Of a DNA stretch of 64,000 nt, positions 14,134 to 29,289 are shown piece after piece. A program made the position numbers and the translations under genes. Every line of letters begins with the position of its first letter. Positions within the stretch are counted from its first letter, which is position 1. Source of the DNA: the human T2T-CHM13v2.0 reference genome, Homo sapiens. The notes below the pieces were generated by a model. That model did no database searches. It was given only the letters and a program-made list of their open reading frames with translations, and was not told the origin of the DNA. The stretch lies in NCBI RefSeq assembly GCF_009914755.1, contig NC_060937.1. The stretch is one strand, 5' to 3'.

Positions 14134-15690
14134 GGGCCCATCCTCCATGCTTGGTGTGGACACCAGACTCTGGTCCTCTGGGAGCTGATGATCACTTTTA
14201 GAAAGGACAAAGAGGCATTGTGGAAGAGCTGCAAATCTCTACAACACTGTTATGTGTCAGTGGATTCTACTGAATGTTAGAGAAGATATCCATCCAGGGC
14301 TTACCATCCATGGATTCATTTGTGATAGTACCAGAGTATTTGTATTTGGAGGAAGAGTTGAAGATGCAAGATACAAGTTCTGTGAGTTATAAGCAAGTTG
14401 TTTATTATGGGAAAAAAAGGAAAATCCCATCCCCTATCTTTTTATGTATCTGTTTGTATTTAAATTAATATAAATTTTCTCTAATGGTAACAATGGCTAT
14501 TCATCTTGTGGTCAGAAAATAAAGGTGAAGAGTCAAAAATAATATTCCCAGATATTTAAATAACTTGTATGAATTGGAGCCACAGGATGCTTCTGGAGCT
14601 TTTGATTGTAACAGTCCAATGGCTCAATGGATTGTGCCTTCTCTGAGACATGTGGCCATTCTAGATTGTAGCAAGAAAAATTCTGTGGCAAGAAAGATTC
14701 CAGAAGTACTGAAATATATATTACTGATGAAATATGTGATGCTTAGCTGGATGATCTATGGCAATTTGATATTAAGTCTATATGATACTTAAAACCACAA
14801 ATGAAAGGAACAGTGCCACTGCAATGAAGTTTTACATAGCCTTTTTAGAGAAAAGAAGATGCATATTTTTGGTGGATGGGATCCACATAAAGGGAAAAAT
14901 AATAAATACTTGCTTTATGATTATGAATGGCAATATAACAGTTCATTTTCTTACCTGAATCTGGATACAATAAGGTAGGCCACGCTAGTATCAGATTCTT
15001 GGAACCATTAAATAAGTAATCAAGATATAAGAACAACAGCTCACCATGTGCTATTGCAGGTGGTACAGGTGCTCAATTGTCTTTTTGGGGTGGAAGTGAT
15101 AGCTACAAAAAAATTGGGAGTAGTCACATATGCAGCAAAGATCTTTGTTACTTTGCTACTAAGAAACCACTAGCACCATCACAAATTCTACAGATTAAAG
15201 CTACTACCAACACTTACGTCAAGTGGCATAAAGTGTCCGTAGCTTTCGCAGTTAGATATGTATATGCTGTACTAAATTGCATCATTAGATTCTCCAGCAT
15301 CACCATTTAGGAAAAGATTCAGAATGCATGCTCACAGCCAGGCGGTAATAACATTATACCCCAAAGGATTCAAGTTTCTCTGTTTAAATAATTTAAAATT
15401 CCAATAATATAGTAAACCGTGAAAAAAACTGGACATATAGCTGTGAGGGGAAATTCAGTAGACAACAAATTAGATCTCCATATATGGGCAGAAACCATTT
15501 CATTTTTATTTGGTGACTAATGCTTTTAATCATGGCAGTTATAAGATGAATACGCTAAGGGAAATTGAAATTCACTCTACTTCAACAAAAGTAGATGAAC
15601 TAAATAGTTGCCTGAGCTTAAGAAACTTCTGTACCCAGCACTGTTTTGAGCAAACAAATGATGGAAATCCAGTAGATCATGATTCTAGTA
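14134..15690 (+). pseudogene. HCFC2P1: Processed pseudogene of host cell factor C2 (Kelch repeats to first FnIII/linker region), many frameshifts and stops
   Basis: Translated pieces are colinear with HCFC2 as I recall it, with no intron-sized gaps: GPILHAWCGHQTLVLWELMITF ~ [65 protein letters not shown] ~ [72 protein letters not shown] ~ ASNASNHNSHVVDMLRKNE..GVLSSCLDVR. Confidence 0.9.
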
Positions 15691-15722
15691 ACTGGTTGTG
15701 GTTCACTGTTGTCTCTCACGTA

Positions 15723-15850
15723 CTGGGTTGGGGCAAAAGTAATTGTGAAGAAGTAACTGCGGTTTTGCCATTACTTTCAATATAATTAAATTTAGAATTT
15801 TTGCCATTGAATGTAATGGCAAAACTGCAATTATTTTTGCTCCAAGCTAC
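15723..15850. mobile_element. MADE1 (Hsmar1-derived palindromic MITE), elongated
   Basis: GGTTGGGGCAAAAGTAATTG...GCGGTTTTGCCATTACTTT and AATGGCAAAACTGCAATTATTTTTGCTCCAAGCTA match the MADE1 arms. Confidence 0.85.
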
Positions 15851-15885
15851 AGTATATATTCTCCATATTTTAAAAGTTCAATGTT

Positions 15886-16258
15886 GGCCGGGCGCAGTGG
15901 CTCACGCCTGTAATCCCAGCACTTTGGGAGGCCGAGGCGGGTGGATCACGAGGTCAGGAGATCGAGGCGGGCGGATCACGAAGTCAGGAGATCGAGACCA
16001 CAGTGAAACCCTGTTTCTACTAAAAATCCAAAAAAAAAAAAAAAGAAAAGAAAAAAAAAAGAAAAGAAAATTAGCCGGGCCTCGTGGCGGGCGCCTGTAC
16101 TCCCAGCTACTCGGGAGGCTGAGGCAGGAGAATGGCGTGAACCCGGAGGTGGAGCTTGCAGTGAGCCGAGATCGCGCCACTGCACTCCAGCCTGGGCGAC
16201 AGAGTGAGACTCCGTCCCAAAAAATAAATAAATAAATAAATAAAATAAAAATAAAAAA
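15886..16258 (+). mobile_element. AluY with 30-bp internal tandem duplication
   Basis: AluY diagnostics GAATGGCGTGAACCC and GAGCTTGCAG; 15-bp TSD TAAAAGTTCAATGTT at 15871-15885 and 16259-16273. Confidence 0.95.
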
Positions 16259-18712
16259 TAAAAGTTCAATGTTTAAGTACTTTCTCTAACCTTGTTTCAT
16301 ATAAACAGTGGTCTCTGCAGCCAATTTTTATTGGATAATATATGTTATACTAGTTTTATTGGCCACCTGATTTTATTCCTTTTAAAATTATTTCTAGTTA
16401 GTACAGAGCTTAAGAAATATTTTAAAAGAAGAAAGTTCAGAAGTTTTGCTTTTGAGTTGCTATGATTTTCTAAGAATCATAGCAAAATACAAATTAGTAA
16501 TAAATCTTATTGATTCTTGCCAGACCAATATATTTGAATAAATTTATAGTCAATTCATGTGATTTATGTGGCCCTCAGTCTCTTCATTAATAAAATACCT
16601 TACATTTATACATTTTCAGAATTATAACTCTGTATTTTTGTGAAATATGAAAATTTTCATGAGCTATTAAATTGAATTCTTCATAAGTTAAAATTCAAAA
16701 TTAAAGCATATGTTATACTATTGCAAAAAGAAGCATTTTAACAGGATACAAGTTTTAAAATAGTGCTTTAATTACTTGTAAGACTTTGTAAATGTTTTAA
16801 ATGTTTCATTTTCACAGAATTTACTTCAAAATTATATAAGCTTACTTCCAAAATATAAATACTGTACAACTTACTGAAGCTCCATTACAACCTTGAAGAT
16901 GTAGAGAGACATCAGCATGCACTACAGATTACTTTTAAATCTATTAGAAATGCTGTAATTTTTCTGCCTATTCAAATCTGGACTGAATGTGCAGAACAAT
17001 AATTGCAGAATAGACATTTAGAACTAAGAGCTGCAGTAGTTTCATAGGCTCAGGTCTCTATTTTTTACACACATACCCTTTTGCCAATTTAGTTTAACTG
17101 AGTAGCTGTGTTCCCATAATTCATGTACAAAAGTGAAACAAAGGTGAATTTGTTTGTGCAGGGTTGATATGTACAGGTGTTGTAGTTACTAATTTAAGAT
17201 ATATAGTATGGCTCATATATAGTTTTTGTAAAGAAATTATATTTTTATACCACAGTATTTGTCATTAATATGTTTTATTAATTCTTTTGAAGAAAACATG
17301 CAAATGCTTAGGTGCATAATGAATGTTTTCCGAACTCCAAGTGCACTGCCACGGTATGATTAGAACACCTTTCTGTGGTTATATCAATCCTAGAGCTTTG
17401 AATGTGCACTTTACATGCAGCGTTGACAAAGAGTATTGTTGGCTTGCTCCAGCAGCATCTCTGAGTGAGTCCTGCATTCTGCATTTGTTGAACTCATATG
17501 TTTTGCCTTCGGCTTATGACTGTTTTTCTAACTGATAAAATTTTAACTTACTTCATTATTATGTTTTAAAATCATTTACGTAGACACATTTAATCAAACT
17601 AATAAACTAATAACTAAGACATATGCCAACACACTTAATCAAATGTGTCTATGTAAATACACTGACATATACTAAACAAACACTTCACCAAAGTTAAATT
17701 TAAAATAAATGGCAATCAAGTTTGTACATACTACTTGCTAACCCTTGTCAGGTGCATAGGTGAATTTAGATTAAAAATATGAATGTAAAGTTGTAGTAAG
17801 TATATGTTTGAAGAACAATGATTTTGCCACCTATTTTTACTGGAGAAAGACTGAATATGTAATAGCTTATTCTCAACATTCTTAGCAATTTTCTTCTTGA
17901 AGCATTTCTCTTAACAAGAAGACATTATTTGACTTTAAGCAAAGTATAGAATATGTGTAGGAATGCACACATTTGTACTCGTTTCATACTTTCAAGTGGT
18001 TGATTTACATAGTTTAAATTCCCCTGCAGTTGCAGAGCAGGAGGTGAACATGAAACTGACTAACCAATGGCTCAACTTTTCAGGCAGAAGGTTGGCATTT
18101 CTATAGCAAGGAACCTGCTAAACTAAATAAACAAATATTTTCAGTTTGAGAATTAGCCAACTGTTGTTCATTTTCTGGCTTTTGTGTGTTAACCACCAAT
18201 CACACTTATTTCTTGCAGAAATGACTAGTGACTTAAAGATATTATTGAGACATCTTTGTGGCTTTGCCATTGTTAAACAGATGGTCTGGCGCAAATAGAG
18301 AAGATCAATTAGCTTCTCCTGATTTACATATTTTTCTAATAAAGATCCTTTTTTGTAACAAAGAGGCATATGATACAGATAGAATTTCCCATAAGAAGAA
18401 TTATATTGAGTTAAATTACTTTCTTCTTCCAAATTGGATGAGCAAATCAGATGTAGCAAACCTTTATGTCATCGTGTGCTCTGTGACTTTAGCCAAGGTA
18501 TAGAATATGAAAGTCTGCTGTTGTAATATTCCTAAACTTTACATATACATGAGGTAAATGTAAATGGTCTAAACATTTCTATTAGAAGGCAGAGATTGTA
18601 AAAATGACTAAAAAAGCAAGACCCAATAATATATCTTTTACAATAAGTGCACTTTAAATATACAGACCTAAATCATTTAAAAGTAAGAATAAGAAGATAT
18701 AAGGTATCATGC

Positions 18713-19090
18713 TATTATGAACTAAATGTTTATGCTCACTGCCCCCTCCCCCCACAAAAATCATACATTTAAACCCTAATCCCCAGTGTGATGGTATATG
18801 GAGGTGGGGGTCTTTGGGAGGTAATTAAGGTACATTAAATCATGAAGATAGACTTCTAATGATAGGATTATTATCCTTATAAAAAAATAGACAGGATGTT
18901 TGTTTTTCTCTGCGATGTGAGGTTACAAATAGATGGTTATCTACAAACCGAGAAGAATGTTCCCACCAGACCCAAATCTGTGAGTGCCTTGTTCCTGGAC
19001 TTTCCAGCTTCTAGCACTGTGAAAAATATTTGTTGTTTAAGCCACCTGGTCTATGGTATTGTGTTATAGTAGCCCAAACTGGCTAAGACA
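18713..19090 (+). mobile_element. MLT1A-type solo LTR
   Basis: CCTAATCCCCAGTGTGATGGTAT...TTTAAGCCACCTGGTCTATGGTATT...GGCTAAGACA; near-TSD CATGC/TATGC. Confidence 0.8.
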
Positions 19091-21029
19091 TATGCTAACA
19101 CTAATTTAAAAAAAAGCTGAGTGGCTAGATAAATGTGAGAAACAAAAGTAGATTGTTTTACCAAGGAATATTATTAGGAATAAGAGGATCACTTAGTGAT
19201 AAAGTGATTAACTCATTAAAAGTACATGACATTTCTGGGGGTCAGAGCAAGATGGTGAAATAGAAGCCAACACCATCCTATGTGCCCCCTGCAAGAACAC
19301 CAAATTTTAACAATGAGCTACACACAAAAATGCGCCATCACAAGAACCAAAAATAAGGTGAGTGATCACAGTACCTGGTTTTAACTTCATATCACTAAAA
19401 GAGCCACGGGGGAGGGTAGGAAAGACAGTCTTGAATTGCCAATGCCACCCCTCCCCCATTCCCCAGCAGCAGACATGTGATATGGGGAATCTGTGCACTT
19501 AGGGGAGAGGGAGTACAGAAACTGGGGAACTTTGCATTGAACTCAGTACTGCTGTGTCAAAGAAGAGAGCAGAGCCATGCTGGGCTGGGCCAGTGTCCAT
19601 ACACAAAGGGGACATTTGAACAACTCTTGCCGGAGGAGAATCACCCATCCAAGAGGTCGAAACTTGAGTTTCTTGGCAGGCTTTGCCACCACAGGCCAAG
19701 GAGCCCTGGGATCCTAGGTAAACTTAAAAGGTAGTCTAGGACACAAGGTCTGAAATTCCTAGGCAACTTCTAGTGTTAGGCTAGAGTTAGAGCCAGTGGA
19801 CTAGGATGGCAAGTGACATACTAAGACACCAGCTGGGGCAACTAAGGGTGTGCTTGAGCCAACCCCTCCCCAATCCCAGGCAGTGCAGCTCACAGTGACA
19901 AAAGTGACTCCTTCCTTCTGCTTGAGGAGAGAAAAGCAAAGTGAAGAGGACTTTGTCTTGTATCTTGAATACTAGTTCAGCCACAGTAGGATAGGGCAAT
20001 GGGTAGAGTCATGAGATCTCTGTTCTAGGCCTTAGCTCATGGATGATATTCTTAGCTCATTACAACATTTTATGGTTGCCTTTGTTCAAGGCAGCCAAAA
20101 GAGAATCTGCTGCCTTTTAGTGAAGAGCCTAATCCTGGCAGGATTCATCACCTGCTGACTAAAGAGCCCTTGGGCCCTGAATAATCACCAGTGATACCAA
20201 GGTGATTATTCAGCCCAAGGTGATCATGGGCCTTGGGCTCTGAGACATGCTGGCTTCAAGAGTGACCAAGCACATTCACAGCTATGGTGACTATGCTAAA
20301 AGACTCCTTCTGCTTGAGAAAAGCAGAGGGAAATGTAAAGGGGATTTTGCCTTGCACCCTAGATACCAGCTTGACCACAGCTGAGTAGAGCAACAAGCAG
20401 GCTCCTGGGGTCCCTGATTCCGTGACTAGGTTCTTGAACAGCAAATCTGGACCTGCCTTTGGACAGGGGGAGTTCCATTGACCTGAAGGGTGAGTCCTAA
20501 GCCTGGCAGCATTCACCACAAACTGACTGAATAGCCCTTGGACTTTAAGTGAACATTGGTAGTGTCCTGGCAGAATACCCTATGGGGTGGTGATGGTAGT
20601 GGCCAAAATGGGAGGCTCTTCTGCTTGCAGAAAGGGGAGGGAAAAGCAGTAATGACTTTGTCTTGTGGTTTGAGTGTGGAAACATAGGTGGTAGACAGCT
20701 AGTGGTTACAATGGGCCAAGGGCAAGACCAAGTGCTGTGCTGGCTTTAGATCTAAACCAGTGCAGTCCCCATGGTGGTGGCCACAGGGCTGTTTATGTCC
20801 CCCCTCACCCCAAGTTCTAGGTGGCTCAGCACGGAAAAAGAGACTCCATTAGTCTGGGAGAAAGTAAGGGAAAAGAATAAGAGTCAATGCCTGGTAATCC
20901 AGAAAATTCTTCTGGATCTTATCCAAGACCACCAAGACAGTACCTCTATGAGTCTCCAAGAAGCATAGTGTTATTGGGTGTGGGACCCAAGCCCCTTTGA
21001 ATACCTGGAAAGCCTTCCCAAGATGGATG

Positions 21030-21140
21030 GTGCTCAGGTGATGGGTGCACCAGCATCTCACAAATCACCACTAAAGCTACTCATGTAACCAAATGCCTCC
21101 TGTACCCCAATAACTTATGGAAAAATAAAAATAATAAAAA
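21030..21140 (+). mobile_element. Short L1PB-like 3' end nested in the L1MA
   Basis: GGTGATGGGTGCACCAGCATCTCACAAATCACCACTAAAG...GGAAAAATAAAA. Confidence 0.7.
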
Positions 21141-21644
21141 TGCAAGTGACCTACAGAAGAAGGCATCAGAGTCTCTTAATAGAAGAACTGATCATGCAGA
21201 AGAAAGAATTAGTGAGCTGGAAGACCATCTATCTGAAAATACACAGAGGAGATAAAGAAAAAAAGAAGAAAGCACATTACACAATCTAGAAAACAGCCTC
21301 AAAAGGGCAAATCTAAGAGTTATTGGCCTTAAAAGGAAAGAAGAGAAAGAGATAGGGGTAGAAAGTCTATTCAAAGGAATAATAATCAGAGAACACTCCA
21401 AATCTGGAGAAATATGTCAATATTCAAGATGAGAAAATTATAGAATACCAAGCAGATTTAACCCAAAGAAGACAACCTCATGTCCTTTAATAATCAAATT
21501 ACCAGAGGCTAAAGATAAAGGATTCTAAAGGCAGCAAGAGAAAAGAAACAAATAACATACAATGGAGTGTCACTTCATCACTTCATCTGGCAGCTGACTT
21601 TCAGTGGAAATCTTACAGGCCAGGAGAAAGTTGCATGACATTTA

Positions 21645-22149
<505 letters not shown>

Positions 22150-22343
22150 TCATCTTAAGGTACAAAACTCACTGGTAATAGCACACAGAAAATATAAAAT
22201 ATTACAGCTCTGTAACGGTGGTGTGTAAACTACTCAAGTAAAAAGACTAAATGATGAACCAATAAAAAATAATAACTTTTCAAGACATAGACAGTATAAT
22301 AAGACATAAATAGAAACAATAAGAGCTTAAAAAGCAGGGGGAC

Positions 22344-22648
<305 letters not shown>

Positions 22649-24488
22649 GAGGAGGACAAAATTAAAGTGTATAGTGTTTGTTAGTTTTCATTTTCCTTGT
22701 TTGTTTATGCAATCAGTGTTAAGTTGTTAAGTTTAAAATAATGGGTTATAAGGTAGTCTTTGCAAGCCTCATGGTAATCTCAAATTGAAAATCATACAAC
22801 AGATACACAAAAAATAAAAAGCAAGAAACTGAACCATATCACCAAAGAAAATCGCCTTCCCTAAAAGCAAGACAGGAAAGAAGAAAGAGAAGACCAAAAA
22901 ACAACCAATCAATGTGATCAATTGTATCAACAGAATGAAGGACAAAACCAGGCAATCATTTCAGGTGCTGAAAAAGCATTTGATAAAGGTCAACATCCCT
23001 TCACAATAAAAAAAAAAAAACCTCTAAAAAAAAAAACCTGGATATAGAAGGAACATACGTCAACACAATAAAAGTCGTATGTGACAGACACACAGCTAGT
23101 ATCCACTGAATGGAGAAAATCTAAAAGCCTTTCCTTTAAGATCTGAAGCACATCAAGGATACTCAGTTTCATCGCTGTTATTCAACATAGTACTGGAAGT
23201 CTTAGCTAGGGCAATAAGACAAGAGAAAAAATATAAAGGACCTCTAAATTGGAAAGGAAAAATTTGAATTATCCCTGTTTGCAGATTCTATAATCTTATA
23301 TTTGGAGAAATTTAAAGACTCCACAAGAAAACTATTAGAACTAATAAACAAATTCAGTAAAGTTTCAGGATACAAAATCAACATACAAAAATCAGTAGCA
23401 TTTCTATATGTCAACAGTGAACAGTTCTGGAAAAAAAATCCAAAAGTCATCCTATTTACAATAGCCACATATAGAATTGAGTACCTAGGGATTAACTTCA
23501 TCGGAGAATCTGAAGATCTCTTCAATGAAAGCTATAACACACTGATGAAAGAAATTGAAGAGGACACAAAAATGGAAAGATATTCCATACTCAGGCATTG
23601 GAAGAATCAATATTGTTAAAATGTCAATACTACTGAACACAATCTATAGATTCAATGCAATCCTATCAAAATATCAATGACATTCTTCACAGAAAGACAA
23701 AAACCATCCTAAAATTTATAGATAACTTCAAAAGACTGGGATTAGCCAAAAAAGCTATCCTAAGCAAAAAGAACAAAATTGGAGAAATCACATTACTGGA
23801 CTTCAAATTATACTACAGAGCTATAGAACCAAAGCAGCATGGTACTGGCATAAAAAGACACATAGATCAATGGAACAGAATAGAGAACCCAGAAATAAAT
23901 CCATACATCTACAGTGAGCACATTTTTGAGAAAGTTGCCAAGAACATGCACTGGGGAAAGGACAGTCTCTTCAATAAATGGTGCTGGAAAAACTGGATAT
24001 CCATATGCAGAAGAATGAAACTAGACCTCTATCTCTCACCATACACAAAAATCAAAATGGGTTAATGGCTTAAATCTAAGACCTCAAACTATGAAACTAA
24101 TACAAGAAAACATTGGGGAAAATCTCCAGGACATTGGACTGGGCAAAGATTTTTTGAGTAATGCCCACAAGCACAGGCAACCAAAGCAAAAAATGGACAA
24201 ATGGGATGACATCATGTTAAAAAGCTTCTGCAAACCAAAGGAAACAATCAACAAATAAAGAGATTACCAACAGAATGAAATAAAATATTTGCAAACTACC
24301 TGACAAGGAATTAATAACCAGAATATATGAAGAGCTCAATCAACTATATAGGAGAAGAATAATAGTCTGAATTAAAAATGGGCAAAAGATTTGAATAGAC
24401 ATTTCTCAAAAGAAGACACACAAATGGCAAACAGACATATGAAAAAGGACTTTGCATCATTGATCATCAAAGAAATACAAATCAGAAC

Positions 24489-24551
24489 AATCACACCACT
24501 ACACTCCAGCCTGGGCAAGAGCACAAGACTCTGTCTCAAAAAAAAAAAAAA
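24489..24551 (+). mobile_element. Severely 5'-truncated Alu nested in L1MA ORF2
   Basis: CCACTACACTCCAGCCTGGGCAAGAGCACAAGACTCTGTCTC followed by poly(A). Confidence 0.85.
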
Positions 24552-25694
24552 TGTCATGAGATGTCATCTCACCCCAGTTAAAATGGCTTTCATCCCAAAG
24601 ACAGGCAGTAGCAAACGCTACAAGGAGATGGAGAAAGGGGAACTTTCATACACTGTTGGTGGGAATGTAAATTAGTACAACCACCATGGAGAACAGTTTG
24701 GAGATTCCTCCAAAAACTAAAAATAATGCTACCATATGATCCAGCAACCCCACTGCTGGGTATATACCCGAAAGAAAGAAAAGGAGTGTATCAAAGAGAT
24801 GTCTGCACTCTCATGTTTGTGGCATCACTGTTCACAATAGCCAAGATTTGGAAGCAACCTAAGGAGCCTTCAACAGATGAACGGATAAAGAAAATGGTGC
24901 ATATACACAAAGGAGTACTATTCAGCCATAAAAAAGAATGTGATCCTGTCATTTGCAGCAACACGAATGGAACTGGAGTTCATTATATTAAGTGAAATAC
25001 ATCAGGCAAAGACAAACTTTGGATCTTCCCTTTTATCAAAGTGGGAAGCTAAAAACCAAAACAACTGAACTCATGCAGATAGAGAGTAGAAGGGTGATTA
25101 CAAGAGGCTGGGAAAGATAGTAGGCAAGTTGTGAGGAGGTGGTTAATGTGTACAAAACAATAATTAGAAAGAATGAATAAGATCTAGTATTTGATAGAAC
25201 AATAAGGTGACTAAAGTCAGTAATAATTTAATTGTACATTTTAAAATAACTTAAAAAGTATAATAGGATTGTTTGTAACATAAATGATCAATGCTTGAAG
25301 GGATGAATACCCTATTTTCATGATGTGATTATTACACATTGCATGCCTGTATCAAAGTAACTCATGTACCCCATAAATATATACACCTATGTATCCACAA
25401 AATTAAATATTAAATTTAAAATTTACAAAGGAAGTATGTAACAATTTAAAATATTTATGGAATGAAAAGGGAAATTTTCAATACAAAAGTAAAAACTGAT
25501 AGCATTACAAGGAAGAATATAAAAATTCACAATTACAGCTGGAGATTTCAACACCCCATTTTCATTTCTAATTGATAAAATCGACAATAGGTATATAAAA
25601 GACTTTAATAACTCTATCAACCATCAACATAATTAACACTTATAGTAACTCCAGCTATAAACAGCAGAATGTGCATTTTCTTCAAGTGCATTTG

Positions 25695-26117
25695 TCATAT
25701 GGTTTGGCTTTGTGTCCCCACCCAAATCTCACCTTGAATTGTAATAATCCCGGCGTGTCAAAGGACAAGGTGGAGATAATTGAATCATGGGGGTGGTTTC
25801 TGCCATGGCTTTCTCATGATAGTGAGTTCACACAAAATCTCATAGTTTTACAAGGGGCCTCCTCATTTCCTCCGCCCTCATTCTCTCTCCTGCCGCCCTT
25901 TGAAGAGGTGCCTTCTGCCGTAACTATAAGTTTCTTGAGGCCTCCCCAGCCATGTGGAACTGTGAGCCAATTAAACCTCTTTTAAGTCTCTTTTCTTTAT
26001 AACTTATCCAGTCTTGGGTATTTCTTCATAGCAGCTGTGAGAAGGAACTAATACAGTAAATTGGTATCGGTACAGTGGGGCACTTCTGTAAAGATTCCTG
26101 AAAATGTAGAAGAAACC
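25695..26117 (+). mobile_element. THE1C/D LTR plus start of internal region
   Basis: ATATGGTTTGGCTTTGTGTCCCCACCCAAATCTC...AACTAATACA GTAAATTGGTA. Confidence 0.88.
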
Positions 26118-26947
26118 TGTATATATATAATATAGATACAGAATAGATTATATATGTATATGCAGAATAGATATATATATGCAGAATAGATTATGAGTGT
26201 AATAAAATATATAGAAATAATTCACTTTACACGTTTCCATTAGATGAACTTAATACTTTGTTTCTAAAAGTGATAAAAACTTTAATTCGGAATGTTGTTA
26301 TAGCCATCTTCTTTGAGGTTTCTATTTTAGGTAATCCTCTTTTACCAGAATATACCTGATATGGCTGCCAAAGCTGGATAATACATGCTTCTGTCCTAGT
26401 AAAAAAATTACTATTACAGAATTTGTTGTCTCCATGTAAACAGAGAAATTACCAATGACAAACGAGCATTCATATCTCACTTTAAAAAGAAAAATTACCT
26501 TTGGGAACTGAACCAATATTGACATTCTCAATAATACATTACCCATATGCTTAAGTTGCATGTGATTTTTTCAAACCTTATCAATTACAATTGTGTATTT
26601 CAGCCCACTGTAATCACTACCTGATGCAGAATGTAACGGAAAAGCTAGAATGCAAACATGATTTTCTACTTATGACTTTTGCTATTTTCTTTACATGTTT
26701 CGTCTTATACTGTCACCTGCTAATACAGAAACTTAGATATATGATATGAACATATATCCAATATATAACCCATATTTGAGAAACATGCACTCTAGCAATA
26801 CAAAGCCTGAACTCTCCTGCTGACCACATTAGGATTTTATCAGGCACCTCTACCGTTTGATGTCTGTAGAGCTTTAAAGATTGGTTACCAGAGCTTAACT
26901 TCTGGTGAGCTAAATATGTGCAAGCTGCTTCTTCTATACAAGTCTTA

Positions 26948-27327
<380 letters not shown>

Positions 27328-27879
27328 TCACATTTATACACATTTATATTTGTCTGGCATTAAATGCATAAAATGCCAGGAAGACAGTAAGGTGCTGAAA
27401 TGATTATTTTACTTTTAATTCATAGTCAATCTTGTTAGCTTTCATTATTTTATTATGATTTTGTAAATTATTTTAATAAAAACTAACTCTGACTTAGACT
27501 CCATTACATTATATATGGAAAACATCATCATATAGTTTCATATTTAAGCTCAATTAATTAGTTTAATTAAGCCCATCTTAAAAATCACAGAATACATTTC
27601 AAATCACCTAAGATGTAATATAAATGGCAATTAAAAAGAAATATAAATTGCAATTAAAAAGCGGTATCTCAAGTCATTATTTAATCCATACTTGAAAATG
27701 CAGCCTTATAATGTCACCTAAGTATGAAGTTTGAATTTCATGCAGAAAACTAACTGTAGAGTCTCTGTTTTTCATATATTCATGTATCATACAATTTATC
27801 CAGACATATCCAATAATTAATATGGTAGTAAACTCATTTGAAGAAAGTTACTGTGTACTATGTTCAAGACCCTCTGCTA

Positions 27880-28060
27880 TGATGTATATGTATATGTATA
27901 CATACGCACATATTATGTGATTATATATAATCACATATTATACATAATATAGAATTACAGTATATACATACATTATATAATCACATTATATATTATATTT
28001 TATATATACATTACATAGATTATAATATATATTAATGTGTACAATATGTATATATATAAT
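27880..28060. repeat. AT-rich (TA)n-like low-complexity tract
   Basis: Degenerate TATA/CATATTAT repeats. Confidence 0.7.
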
Positions 28061-28068
28061 CATCTATA

Positions 28069-28763
<695 letters not shown>

Positions 28764-29289
28764 GCGTGTCTTCATTAACCCCATTATTAATACAGCAAAT
28801 AGCCCTCCTGGCGAAATGTGGACAGGGAACGCGTTTACACAGCCACCCAAGGACAAAATTGGGGGCGGGGGTAAGCCTTCCATTTTATCACACTGAATGC
28901 ACTGGAATCGTCTGACAGCTGTGACGGAGCAGTCCCCTGGAGACAGGCTTGTTCTGGCACATGTTCTCTGGTCCAAGGCTGAAGTTGATTTTTGGAGCCC
29001 TATTCAGAAGGCTCTTGAATGACCAGAGAGGGCGAAGGACTGTTACGGCCTCTGTAGCTTTAAAAGGGGTCACTCATTTCATCTGGTAACCACTGCCACA
29101 GTCCCCGCGATGGCCTTTGTTCTGTTAGGACTCCCCAGGGGGACCTCGGCTCCAGGTCACAGCTCTGGGCACTCCCTTCTCCTCCTGCTCCCAGGATCTT
29201 GCTAAAGTGGAGACGGAAGGAAAAGTTTCAGGAGTGAGCTGCGTTCTTAGAATTGTAGCAGAGAGAGAGGAGGGAGAGAGCAGAGGATC

